A DNA stretch of 63,992 nt, counting the filler, from Circinaria calcarea (lineage: Eukaryota), in assembly GCA_051942165.1 (NCBI GenBank). It is 6 parts of 6 records of this genome, joined end to end, with 100 filler letters (N's around TTAATTAATTAA, not from the genome) between each part and the next. Parts side by side here need not be neighbours in the genome. Positions count along the whole stretch, not along the records: positions 21,634 to 32,339 come from JAVECS010000771.1; positions 32,440 to 43,137 come from JAVECS010000772.1; 4 more parts are not named here. One strand, 5' to 3'. Below the pieces are notes generated by a model. The model was not told where the DNA came from. It was given only the letters and a program-made list of their open reading frames with translations, and ran no database searches. The position numbers and the translations under genes are program-made. Shown piece after piece: positions 25,706-39,200 of this stretch (positions within the stretch are counted from its first letter, which is position 1; every line of letters begins with the position of its first letter).

Positions 25706-26307
25706 TCATGTCTTCGCGTATGTGCGAGTCCATTCCCTGGCTGTCTGTATCGCTGCAGGTTCATCTTCTTTCCAACGCTGGGCTACATCGTTCGCTAGAG
25801 GGTCGTCGGGATTTGGTGCACCAAGCAAGGCTTGGATGGAGAGCAGTATCGTGCGAATTTGGAGAGCCGGTGACCAGTTACCTATGGCATATCAGCGTTG
25901 CTATAGTAAGCTCACAGCAATTCGTACTCTTAAGGACATCTAGGCAAATCCGACCCAGCTTGTCGATATTGGGGTGGTATATTTTTGTTAGGAAGCGTAT
26001 CTTGGGTGGAGTCATCGGGTAATCATCAGGAAGAAAAAGCTCGAGCTTGAAAATGCCTCCTAGATTGGCACCATCAGCGGCTAGCCAGGCAATGCACTCA
26101 TTTCCACTAACCTTCGTATGGCGATTGAGAGGGCCCATGTATCATCACGTCAAAGTATCTCAAGTTCTCTTCATGTGGGACCGCGCTGATTCCTGGCACC
26201 CTTTCGTTCCTTGATCAGTTTGATTTGTAGCACGAATTTGATGAGACACACGGTTCGGCCATTAATCGCTCGGTCTCCTTCACTATCCTTTTTGGTAAAG
26301 CAGCCAT
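25706..26307 (-). CDS. UBC13: Ubiquitin-conjugating enzyme E2 (K63-chain forming)
   Basis: [37 protein letters not shown]...[73 protein letters not shown]. Three introns. Confidence 0.96.
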
Positions 26308-27009
26308 GTTGGGTAGAACTTAGCCAACGAGCAGCTATCAAGCCTCGTTATAGTCCTGGGAGTATCACCGTAGCCCCTGGTATGAATAGGCGTAATTGGG
26401 TCCAAGCCCGTGTTTCGAGTGGAAGCCTTTCTAGAGTTGCCTTATCGTATTCCAATATTCCAACTTTAGGAAGCCAGGGAATTCAACCGCAGTGAAGCTG
26501 AGAGATAAACTCGCGTCTTGCGCAATAACTGAAGCACTGCTCTGCTGAACCTCAGCTAAGAACAAAGTGAATACTACGAAGCAAATAGCGCAGCCTCTTA
26601 AAGGAGAGCCAACGTCACATTGCGATTGCCAAGGGGCCACCACAGACGCGATTGCCGCGTAAGCTATTAAGGGTGTCGAAGTCCGTGACTTGGCCTCTAT
26701 CAGGCCACCTTCAGCTATTGCTTGTTATTACGGTCATTGCTCATCATAATACCACAGGAAATTTAAGCACCACACCTGAATTGTTGTAGTTGGCAGGCGT
26801 TCTTCGAGCCAAGATGGGTCCTGTTCATAAGCCACCTTGAGTACTTGCTGAGGGATACTCTTGACATTTGCGAAACGTACATCTTCCTAGGATGCTTCCA
26901 AAACTATCTATTAATCTATTGCAAATCCCCTTTGTTGAAGTTAAGGGTCAATCCTAAATGTAACTGTACGGCCTATTCTTTTTCTCGTGGTGATACTCTT
27001 TTCGTCATA

Positions 27010-30000
27010 ATGGAGGACAAGACATTTCATGGGCTGGCTTCAGCCTTCGATAGTCCTACGTTTGGCGAAGATAGCTCCTTTCGCCTAGACAAGCCCGTGG
27101 GCTCTATGTCCATCTCACCATGTGGTCGAGATGTCGTCCTTGCTTCGTGGGTATCCATGAATAGGTTGGGAGAAAGCTGCTAATCTACCGTAGCCGGCAG
27201 GGTCTTCATATTATTGATCTTGATTCTCCATGGGCTCCACCGCGACATCTACCTCATCACACTCCATGGGAGGTCGCCGATGTTCAATGGTCACCCTTTG
27301 CAGCCCGAGACTACTGGGTTATCAGTACTTCTAATCAGAAAGCTTTGGTGTGGAACTTGGCAATATCCAATGCTCAAGCATCCATTGAGTACATTCTCCA
27401 CGCTCATACGAGAGCTATCACGGATATCAATTTTTCAGCCCATCATCCTGATGTTCTTGCTACCTGTGCTGTCGACAGCTTTGTTCATTGCTGGGATTTA
27501 AGAAACCCGGCTAGACCAGCGATCACCTTTTGCGATTGGTTTGCAGGTGCTACACAGGTCAAATGGAACAGGCAAGATCCTCACATCATTGCGTCATCAC
27601 ATGATCGATTTCTTAGGATCTGGGATGATCGGAAAGGGGCGTACCCCTTGCGTTCCATTGAAGCCCACGATACAAAGATATACGGCGTAGACTGGAACAG
27701 AACATCATCAAATTGCTTGATTACTTGCTCTTTGGACAGAACCATAAAGTTTTGGGATTATTCCCGTGAATTACAGGAACCCGATCGGGTCATAAGAACA
27801 CCGTTTCCTGTTTGGCGAGCTCGTCATACTCCCTTTGGACAGGGAGTTTTAGCAATGCCGCAACGTGGAAATAATGATTTACATCTCTACAAACACAGCC
27901 GACAGGACGGCGTACCGCCGATTGATAGGATTGGACCGGTGCACCTTTTCCAGGGCCATCAAGATCAGGTCAAAGAATTCCTATGGCGGCAGCGAGGTGA
28001 TGTAGAAAACGGTATAGACAACCGGGAGTTCCAGCTAGTTTCGTGGGGTGCAGATCGTATACTCCGTCTTCATCGGGTTGACCAGCAAGTGTCAAAAGGC
28101 ATAGGTTTTGAAAAAGGCAAAGAAGTCTCGAGAAAGCTGAACTTCACACGCAAAAACGCCGAGTATAAGACTTTCAGAGATGACCCGGCCAAGTCAGGTA
28201 GTGGCTCTAAGAGGGTTACGTCGACTAGTTATTCCAATCTAGACCTACGGAACATGCGCAGCGCCATAAGTATGGGTATGAGTAAGGCTCCTATCCCAGC
28301 ATCCGTCGGCTTGGGCAATGGTGCTTTTATGAGTTCAAGGCCAAACGCAAGTACCAGCAAACTGGAGCGTAAAGATATTGATCCAATTGCTTGGATGAAA
28401 GGCGTCAAGATCGGTAAGCGGGAGGGACTAGATCAGAGTATAAGCTCTACTTTGTCGCCCAACTTCGGAGCGTGTAAGAACTGGGAGCCTTTCGAATCGT
28501 TAGGCGAGGAAATATCTCAGGTCGGAGATAAGTTCAGTAAGGTGACATTCGACGAGGTATGGTAACTCGTCTTATAGTCATCACAGCACACAACCAGCAT
28601 ACAACAACTAATGATGTACTTACGTAGATTGATGTCCAAAATCGCTTTGTTAAGTTATCTTTATCGGGTCCCTGGGGTTTCGGCAATGCCGCTGTATTTC
28701 TACAATGTCAAATATCGTTCCCTCCTAGTTACCCGAACACAGCAACGCCTCACTTAGGTATTGAGAAGACTGCAACTGTTGACCCTTCAGCTCTTACAAA
28801 GATAATTGAAGAAACCCAGATCATTACCCATGCATTCCTGCCGTACCAAAGGGGGGTTCTAGAGTCTCTCATACGATACCTACAAGGCGAACAGACAGTA
28901 GACGAGCTTACTGCCTGGACCAAGGAAGACCAAGAGCCCAGCAACCTCGAACTCCTGAACGACGAAACGAGCTCAAGCGACGAGGAAGATAATGGTGTTG
29001 ATGGTTACAACCGTGTTCTCGTAGATGAGACAGGCCTAAGCAGCTCAGGTCTGATCAGTTCTCCGATGAGTAACGACAATGTTCCTGTACGTAAAGCTTG
29101 TGGTGCCTTATGGGCGAGGAATGGGAGTTTGGTTTGCTTTTTCCTCTCAAGGGAGAAAACTTCGCAATCTGTGCTTGGTTCATTAGGATTACGGGGTATG
29201 GAGTTGAACGTGAAGGGGCATGGGAGGTTGTTTGCCGGATTCGGAAGATTGCACATGCACTCACCTGTTGGAAAGTCAAAAGCTTCAACGATGGGTACCA
29301 CTCAAGGTGGCTATTCCGATAGTGGTTCAGACTCCGAAGACTCTTATACTTCTTCATCATCGTCAAGTTCGTCTGCATCTTCCAAGGACCCTGACTATCG
29401 CAGTCATCGGCCAGCTCCGCCGTACGCCTGGCGAGGCAAAGCTTTTGCCAAGTCACGAATCGAATCGATCGTCGATGAGTCCCTAAATTCAAGTGCTAGT
29501 TTCGATTTAGACAGGCTTACAAGGAAGACTTCGAAATCCATTATCTCTGTTCAAAACCTTGAGGATCTCTTGCCCGCGAAACGTGAACTAGCACTACAAT
29601 ACCGTATCACCGGGTTGGATAGTTGTGAGCACAATATGAAGGTGGCAACTCTGAAAGGGAATCATGATTTAGCTAATGCGTGGTTGGTTTTGGACATGGT
29701 ATTACGAAAAGAGGTACCTTTGAAGATAGTAAAGGTGAAACAAAACGAAACTGCTATTCTAACTGTTGCGCCTCGCGCAATGCACAACTTGCCGAAGAAA
29801 GGCAGCCTGCCGGATTCGCCGTTGATAGCAGAGACAGGAGGATCAAGTCCGCTTCTCCAAACGATGATCAAATGGGGGCAGCACCCTTTGGGGGGTACAG
29901 GTCTAATAAAAAATCTGTAAGTTGTTTTACATGTTCTATGTAGTCTCCTACCCCAAGCTAATCATATAACAGGTTATCATACTTTGAGCAGCTTGGGGAT

Positions 30001-31503
30001 ATCCAGATGGTAGCTGTTCTATCTTGCGTATTGATTGAACGCAGCATTATGCCACCTCTAACAACAGCAGCTGAGACTGTGCACCGTCCAGATGGTACAA
30101 AGCTATCTCACGGCTTATCTGAGGCCGCTACGTACCTCCCCTTTGAGATGGCATCGAAGAGTTTTATAGACTATTTTCCTTCAGCTGAAGTGGCGATAAG
30201 TCTATTACAGCCTACGAGCCGCGCACAACCAGGAGTACCAGAGCCTGGCAAGCCGGCGATGGATGTCCCTTCTAGAGGATCTTCGCTAGGAGCTTCGAAC
30301 AGTGACCCAGTCACACCCTTCTCAACAGGTGTAACTCCACCGTCCAGCTACATGGCGGGCCGTCGGAGCCTTGAGCGTGTGTACTCGAATAGCCAGAGCC
30401 TGTCAACCTCACCAGAGCTGCTGAGACATGCTCATCGGTCGAATTCAAACCTTGCAATTGCTTTTACATCATTAGCGCGGCCCTTTTCGTTCACCGCATC
30501 TGCATCTTCATCGCCACCTAACGCGTACTCCAGGAAACGAGTCAGTCCTGTTGGAAGCTATGCCGTAGTGTCTACCCCGAGTGCAACGTCCGGTGTGAGT
30601 AGCGCCTTAGGTCGAACGTTCAGCGCAACGGAAGAGTCCAAATCTGTATACGCTATCCAAGGGTTGGAAGCACCAGATATCATTCCCACTACCAAAAAAC
30701 CGAGCATCAAGATCAATCTGAAAAATCAAGGTAGTTTCCATAACGAGGGCTACACGATGGCGCCGCTTCTTGATTCCGACGATGAGTGGCACTATCGAGC
30801 CTACAGAGAAGCTTATGCCCACCTCTTATCAATATGGGAGATGCCGATCAAGAAAGTCGAGATACTGAAATACAATTGCCAAACGGCCGGTTGTCGAAAA
30901 CCTTCGACGAAAGCCCGGGATGATCAGGCGCCCTCGTTGATTTCGATCGGCAGAATGAATGTGAGCAGCATGGCATCCTTATCCGACAAAGTCATTCTTG
31001 ACATCAGGAGGAAATGTACGGTGTGTAGGAGTTCTGGAGATGGGAACTCGAGCTTGCAACACTACAAGTGCGGAAGTTGTGCATCTAGGGAAATGGCGCT
31101 GCATTGTGTTTTCTGCGCCGAACGAATCCGAGGTCATGCAGCCCCGTGTCTCGCTTGTGGTCATGCTGTGCATTCACAATGCCGCTTGGCTTTGCTTGCG
31201 ACATCGTCCCTGACCACTGTGGAGCTTACTCGGCGTAGCCCCTGCGTTATCGGTTGCGGCTGTCAATGCGGCGAATCGAGCGGAGCCGAAGTCCAGCTTC
31301 CCGAAGATCCGCCTGTGAAGTCATCCACTCCGTCGACAATTGTGGGTAAAGAGGACGACGGAAGGCATGGGCGGCAGGATGATGGGGACGCATGGGAAAG
31401 TCTAACGAAAAATCTCCGAGCAGCGGGCACGAAGTACGTGCAGCCGAAAGCAAGTCAGATTTGGAGAGGGATGGAGCGGATACATAGTTCGCAGGGGCGA
31501 TGA
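27010..31503 (+). CDS. MTC5: SEA/GATOR2 complex subunit Sea3/Mtc5 (WDR59): WD40 + RWD + C-terminal RING-like zinc finger
   Basis: SMSISPCGRDVVLAS, HAHTRAITDINF, WRARHTPFG, RWD-type ISFPPSYP, DIQMVAVLSCV, YREAYAHLLSIW, CVFC...CLACGHAVH...CVIGCGCQC. Introns at about 27147-27193, 28557-28627 and 29917-29972. Confidence 0.88.
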
Positions 31504-32339
31504 GGGAAGTATAGGGACATATTTTGGGGTGTAAAAATAAAGTGTCACGGGAAGTCTGACGTTCCGATCGGGAGGGGGGCTCGGAGGAAAGGTCTTGTTT
31601 CTCAAGATACCCAATCGCTTTTACTGTTCGTATTTACTGTAGTCTGATAACACCGAGGTCGCTCCAATTCTCCGTATCGACTGCTTTTGAATACTACCTG
31701 CATATCTGACGGCTTTTCCCTTGAAGCCGGAGACTGGCTCCGCTCTCCATCAGTCGTAGCGCCGGCCGTGCTGCTGAACTGACACGGACCCAACTAACCC
31801 AAAGCGAAGGAGATGATAAAACGCCCGCATGATCTCTATCCAAAAGATCGCACTAATCAGACTCCCTCTGCTGGACACGAAGGTTCGGGCCTCCCATGCC
31901 TATTCCCAAACTTCCGACACACCCCCCTTCCCTTTGGAGATACTGTCATCTCAGCACACACCACATACCCCCCGGGTCCCTAGCGCGTCTCTGCCCGACC
32001 GAAAAGACCGACCGCGGCCCAACCGCGAAACCAAAGTCAATTCACCCATTTCTTCTGCCACCTAATTCGAATATATCTTACTCACACATTGTCACTATCG
32101 TAGCCTCATTTCTCGCTCATGACATTACATTTACCTCATCTTACCAACCCCGACACCTAAAGTCCTAGAAACGCCCTAAAGAAATGTCCTCGCCATCTAT
32201 CCCCGTCTCCCACCTCTAACTTGCACCTTCCTCTCTCCCTCCCTTACTCACCTTTCCTACCTCCCTCACCTCCTACCCACGAAAGAAACCAAACCAACAA
32301 GAAACCAAACCATGTCCCACCACCCCCCGCTCCCTCACC

Positions 32340-32439
32340 NNNNNNNNNNNNNNNNNNNNNNNNNNNNNNNNNNNNNNNNNNNNTTAATTAATTAANNNNN
32401 NNNNNNNNNNNNNNNNNNNNNNNNNNNNNNNNNNNNNNN
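32340..32439. other. Artificial contig linker
   Basis: Same linker. Confidence 0.99.
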
Positions 32440-32543
32440 TTGGTGGATGAGAAGACTCTTAATCCCAGTATCCCATCAGATGGAAATGGCCTCAATGACT
32501 TGTATGCTGCTCGGCGAAAAATTGATAGTGACCGGACTTCAAG

Positions 32544-35405
32544 ATGTTCCGTAAACCTCGCACTCAAACTCCGTCGGTCATCGACAACCCCCTGTCCCCA
32601 TCTACTGGGCGTCCCCCTACTCCTCCTTCGTTCACGACGATCAAAGCTGCATTTAAAGAGACTCATGCGGTGCCTTTTTCAACAACCAAGGTACCCCTAC
32701 CTCTTCTTGGACGGTCCCAGACAGTATCAAGATCTACCAGCCGCTCGGGCGTCACAATGGGGAAAGCCAAGGGGAAGCCAAATGGTAGCATCTTGAGTTT
32801 CTTCAAGAAGAAGGGCTCTCCAAGACGACCTACCGAGCAATCCAACACTGAAGAGGGAGATTTGTTCTTTCAGGAAAATGAATGGCAAAATAGTCAAGAA
32901 CCAACGCAGATACCGACGCCCCCTCGAGATGATGGGGCTTTCCTTACCCCCAGCAGGATTGACGGAGACGACGATTTCCTCCGATATAATGAGCACACGG
33001 GCTCAGTCAAACGACAGCGAGTGGCCGATCAACAACAGAGTCTAGTGCAAGGTGAGAACATAGATGGCTTATCTAATAGCTTGGGCGGGAGGGAGAAAGA
33101 TACAGGCTCGTTTACAGTTGTTTCGGGCAGTAATGAAGTGTCAACGTCCACTGCGCTACATATTGTATCAGTGCCTGCTACGTCGAGTACAAGGTCAACT
33201 ACTATGCCCGATAAAGTCAAGGCTGCAAGTGCTGGGCCTTTTGTCGAAGATTCCGAAAGCGAGGATGACTTAACAAGAGAACTGTCGAAGGCAGTATTCG
33301 GCATTGCTGAGCCAACAGTTGTTCCAGGGCCTAGTGAATTTATAACGGAGACAGTGCTGAAAGGCGAACCCATTGATGAAAACATCGAGGACCTTCGGAT
33401 AATCCCAACCCTGAAGCGAGAAGCGACAAGCATCGTTGGGGATGATGGATTTGATGGAATCGAGGACTTTATTGATGACGAGTTTCCAGAAGGTGGCGAA
33501 GAGTACATGGAAAGACAGTGGATGGACGAGCAGCGACGAATAGAGCTCGGCATCGAGGATGAAGAAGACGCAGATGAGGAAGTATTGGGAACAATAGGGA
33601 AAGATGATTTAGGTTTACAGGACAGGTCTTATAAAGAAGCAGATGCTAACTCATGTCCAATCTGCAACGTCGACTTAGGAGGTATTACATCCGAGGTAAG
33701 GACATTTGTTCAATGCTCTCCGAAGTTATTCTGATAAATAAAGGCGGCGTCCGTCCATGTCAACCATTGTTTGGATGGGAACCCTATACCACTACCGCAG
33801 CCGGTCGTTTCCAACAAAAAGGACGCAAAGAAGCCTGCCAGCACATCTCTGCACAAGCGTTTTCAACGGGCGGCCATCGCAAAACCAGGACAAGAGAACC
33901 CCTTTAACCTGGGGACTACCAAAACCAATGAGTCATCTGCCTTTTCCAAGCTAATGTCATCCCATGCCGAGGACGCTGCGTGGGCAACAGCCGCTGCATC
34001 TGAGCTGTCCTCAAGAGGGAAAGCGGCATATCAACGGACATGTCCATTCTACAAGATTCTTCCGGGTTTCTTCATTTGTGTGGATGCGTTTCGCTACGGT
34101 GCAGTGGAAGGGTGTAAGGCCTACTTCCTGAGCCATTTCCACAGCGATCACTATATCGGACTTACATCCTCCTGGTGCCATGGCCCTATCTATTGCAGTC
34201 ACGTTACGGCCAATCTCGTTAGGCGTCAATTGCGTGTTGATCCGAAATGGGTATTTGACTTGGACTTTGATCGCAAAGTCGAGGTGCCTGGAACGCAAGG
34301 TGTGGAGGTGACCATGATTCCCGCTAATCACTGTCCTGGTAGTTCCCTATACCTTTTTGAAAAGGTCGTGGGCAAGGGCAAAACTCCCAAGCTACAGCGT
34401 GTATTACATTGCGGTGACTTTAGGGCATGTCCGGCTCATGTGCAGCATCCGCTTCTCCGGCCAGACCTGATTGATAGTGTTACTGGTAAGAATACTGGCC
34501 AACAGAAGCTTGATGTATGTTACCTCGATACTACCTATCTGACCCCCAAATATGCATTTCCAAGTCAAGAAGAGGTTATCAAGGCCTGCGCGGACATGTG
34601 TGTCAGTCTTAGCAAGGATAAGGTTGACGAGACAGATGAGTGGGAGAAAACAAAGAAGGACCGAGCAGGTAGCGGGATGGTTAAGTTTGTGCGACAGAAT
34701 TCAGGAGCTGTGAAATTAGATGGGAATGAGGATGATATTGACGCCATGAAGGTCAACACGAAGAATGGCAAGAAGACCCGTGGTCGCTTGCTGGTCATTG
34801 TTGGTACCTATAGCATTGGTAAAGAGAGGATTTGCCTTGGTGTTGCACGAGCGCTGAATAGTAAGATCTACGCGCCTCCTAACAAGCAGAAGATCTGTGC
34901 TGCGTTGGAAGATGCGGAGCTCATGGCACGACTTACGGACGACCCATTGGAAGCCCAGGTCCATATGCAGATGCTCATGGAGATCCGAGCGGAGACCCTC
35001 GCCGACTACCTTACCGGATTCAAGCCACACTTTTCTCGTATCGTGGGCTTCCGACCTTCCGGTTGGAATTACCGCCCACCCAACGGTCGTTTTGTCGAGT
35101 CGCCCGCCGTGCAAACGGTCCTACACTCTGACAACTGGAAGTCCAAGTATTGCATGGCCGACCTGGTCCCACAACGTGGCAGTACGAGAGATGCGGGTTG
35201 CTTTGGGGTGCCCTATAGCGAGCATAGCAGCTTCCGGGAGCTGACCATGTTCTGCTGTGCACTACGAATCGACAAGATCATTCCGACGGTGAACGTGGGG
35301 TCGGCCAAGTCAAGGGAGAAGATGAAGGGGTGGTGCGAGAAGTGGGCAATGGAAAAGAAGAAGAATGGGTTGTTCAAAGTTCCAGACGGACAGGCAGCAT
35401 GGTGA
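32544..35405 (+). CDS. PSO2: DNA interstrand cross-link repair nuclease Pso2/Snm1 (UBZ finger + metallo-beta-lactamase/beta-CASP)
   Basis: CPICNVDL...HVNHCLD (UBZ, across intron 33696-33743), VDAFRYG, FLSHFHSDHY, ANHCPGS, LHCGDFR, YLDTTY, GTYSIGKER, VPYSEHSSF, IIPTVN. Start codon is uncertain because it lies near the contig edge. Confidence 0.93.
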
Positions 35406-35527
35406 ATTTTGGTCGCGGCGGTTGGGATTCTCTATCAAAGGGGAAATAGTATCCGAAGGTGACGCATTATGGAAAAGCAACTGATTTTGTCAAAGTATGC
35501 ATAGTCCTCTGGCGGTGATTGATGTAG

Positions 35528-35549
35528 GCCCCTAAGATATCTTAGGGGC
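35528..35549. repeat. Perfect 22-bp palindrome
   Basis: GCCCCTAAGATATCTTAGGGGC equals its own reverse complement. Confidence 0.9.
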
Positions 35550-36277
35550 TCCCATATTATGTGATGAAACTCGATAAGGCTCAAAGCTCTCACGCTAAAG
35601 GCGTTGGTGAAGTTCGTCTCCCTTTTGCCAATTTTCCATCTAACCCGTCTAAACTGCCAGCTCCATTTTGCTACCTGGGAACAGGAAAGTATAAGGTAGC
35701 TCGTACATACTGATATCCCCCCATGTGGCGCAGATTACCCCCAAGCCCCCTTGTCACAAGTCAATTGGGATATCGTGGGGTAATTATGGTAGTGGGATTT
35801 TCGGACGACAAAGCACTTGCAGAGATCGGCTCTGCAGTTCTGCATTGAACCTGCGTTTTGCGACGGAATAGCAAGCTCCGGTGGACTACTCCCTAGGAGG
35901 CTAGGAGGCACGCAAAGTAAACTTGGGGCTAGATAGATGAGGGTATTCTGGAGTTTGTCGAGAGTCTAGGTCAGCGTCACACGTGACCTGGACCCGAATA
36001 AGTACTGTGGGGCGGTTTCCTTTCCCAGAGGGGAAAGAGCAATATTTTCGTAGTATTAGAGGAGGGGTTCCCCGGAAGAAAATAGAAACCATTCCACTCC
36101 AAATTTTTGGTAGCAGAATAGTAGCTGTGATATCGCTGAATTCCCACGAACTCTTTCTCAGTACTGCTTACCCAGAGTCGTTTGGGCAGTTAGATATTAG
36201 AAGAGCGCTAGTCGAAATGATGGGCCGCTGGAGTATCTACACCCATATACAAAGACCGAAGTTGATATTGAATAGTC

Positions 36278-39200
36278 ATGGATGGGCTGTCCGTAGCCAG
36301 TGGTGTTGTCGGCCTCTTAAGTTTGTGCATCCAGGTGGGCAAGGCGCTGAGCGAGTATTCCACGGGAGTCGCGAATGCGGCCAAAAGTGTTCAAAGTTTG
36401 CAACACGAGTTGCTCACCTTGGAGCATGTCGTGACACAGCTGGAGAGCTTCCTGCGCAGTCAAAACTTCCAAGACACCTCTTTCGATCAGACGTCGGTTC
36501 TTTGTGCAGCGGTGGGGGGCTGTAAAGATCAGGTCAGTGGTATCCTCACAAAGTTGAAGCGGTCGGATGATGGGAGGATTTCTCGAGCTGTTAGGAGGCT
36601 GGCATGGCCGTTCCAGGAGAAAGAAGTCGTCAGTCTGGTGGAGAAACTCCGCAGATACATCCAGACCTTTGAATTTTCTTTGACGGTGGAAGGCTGGTCA
36701 GTGATTTCACACCTTACGGTTGTTCCCTCAAGCTGAAGTACTCGATCAGTACTCTCCTATCCCAGACTTCTAAAGCCGTTACGGCAGCTCTGGAAAAGCA
36801 GCTGGATACCTCGAAAAGGATATATGAGATGACAAAGGATCTCTCCACCTTCTGTGCCCTTGCTATGGAGGCTTCTCGAACTCTTAACCAGATTGAGGAT
36901 GTACTAAAACTTGTTAACTCATTTTCGGATGTTGGACAAGAGCTCGAGGACATATCTTGGGGCATTAGAAGATTAGAGATGAGGCTTGAAGGCAAGTATC
37001 GTCAAGACTAGCCCACCTTCCCATGACTTACACTACACTCCTGGCAAACAGATGAAAAAGAGAGGAACATTCTCGACTGGCTTTCACCTTCAGCATCTCT
37101 CCAGAAACATCACGACATCCAACTCCGACGGACACCAGGCACAGGGCAATCGCTGCTGCAGGATCCGCGGTTTCTGAACTGGCTGGGCGGGGCATCGAAA
37201 GATAAGGTGTTCCTGTGTCTTGGAGCCCCAGGTGTGGGAAAGACCGTCTTGGCGTATGTAAATGTCCATGTGCTTTAATACAGCCTCTCATTCTGTCTAG
37301 TTCCATTGTTGTTGATCACTTACTGGAGACATTCACCAGCCAAAATGTAGGGATTGCGTATTATTATTGCGATTATCGGGAGCAATCAGTACAGACGCCG
37401 GCCAACCTCGTAGCTAGTCTTCTAAGACAGTTCTGCCTCCAGAAGGAGTCCCTACCGACGCCAGTCTCCGATTTCTACAACCTATACCGGAGGGATGCGG
37501 TTAGGCTACAAGCTGACGAGCTCCTAGGAGTTCTTCGGAAGGTACTCGGAGAATTCGATCAAAGCTTTGTCGCCGTTGACGCCCTCGATGAGGCTGACGG
37601 TAAGAAGCAGCGTAAGGGGTTTCTTAAAGTACTGACAGACTTGGGTCTTGCCTCTACGAAAATATTTGTTACCAGTCGACCCCACTTGCAAGACGTCACT
37701 CAGACTTTTATAAACGCAAGTAAGGTCCAAGTTGAAGCCAGTGAAGTAGATATTAAACGTTTTCTATCGCGAATAATAGAAGACGACGAGGGTATGCAGG
37801 ATTTAATGGACGAGGATTTGAAGGAAGAAGTATGCGGCTCTATAGCACAATATGCCAAAGGCATGTATGTTATGACACATTCAATTCCATGAGTCAGTGA
37901 TACTGAAACAACGTGGATAGGTTCCTGCTACCAGTCCTACAGGTACAATCTATACTTGATCAGGTAACGAGGTCAGGGGTTCGGAGATCACTCCGTAATC
38001 TGTCTAGCAGTCTTGATGAAGTATTTCAACAATCTATCCAGAGAGTCAGGAACCAACGTGAAGGCCTCCGGCAAGTGGCTATGTTATCCCTCATGTGGAT
38101 GATTTACGCCCGGAGGGCGCTGTCTACTGAGGAATTACGCCATGCGTTAGCTACCCAACCCGGTGATTCTGAACTAGATCGAGACAAGCTTGTATCACCG
38201 AAGACTATACTGGAGAGTTGTTCTGGCCTTGTTACAGTTGATAGCGAAAGTTCCACCCTCCGGTTTGTGCATTACACCTTTCAGGACTATCTACGAAAGT
38301 ACAGAACGGAGTTCTTCCCGTCAGGTGAGTCGATTGTTGCCAACACGTGCTTGACGTACGCAGCATTCGATTCGATCGTTGAGTCCTTCCGAAAAGGGAG
38401 CGCGGATTTGAATTATGTTCTACAGGAGTACCCTCTCCTAAGCTATTCATCACATCATTGGGGCCACCATGCTAAAGCAGCTCCTCCTCAAGATATTGAA
38501 AGCCTTACAATGAAGTTTCTCCGTAATCAAACCAATGCCTCCGTTGCTACACAGATTCGAAGACTGGCCTTGCCTCGTTATGCTATGGGCAAACTCTCCG
38601 AATACGACTATTCTGATGGCGCCCTTCATGCTGCGGCAAGATTTGGACTGACAAATGTTCTATCCAACTTGATACAAGAGGGCAAGAAAGTTTGTAAACA
38701 AAACGATTATGGCAATACACCACTGCATGAAGCCGTGCGCCACGGAAACTGGGAAGCTGCCCAAATACTTCTAAAGAAAGGAGCAGATGTCGAGATGATA
38801 GATGACAACTTCATCACACCGTTATTTCTGGCAGCTTCTGGTGGGGATGTACGAATGGTTGACTTGCTGATTCAGTACGCAGCTGACGTAAACACGTCTT
38901 GTCATTACTCCTTGACTCCCCTTCATAAAGCAGCTGATAACGGACATAAGGATACGGTCAAACAGCTCCTGGAGCATGGCGCCTGGAAAGATGCAGAAAG
39001 CTCGAGGGGCCTAACAGCTCTTCACCGGGCAGCAGGAAGGGGCCATACAGAGGTTGTGGAACTACTGTTAGACCAAGGCTGTCTGATAGAATCCAAGACC
39101 AGGGACTTGTGGACCCCCCTGCATGGAGCATCAAGCAGCGGCCGGTACTCGACAGTGAAGGTATTGATTGAGCGAGGGGCTAGAATCAATCATCAGAGCC

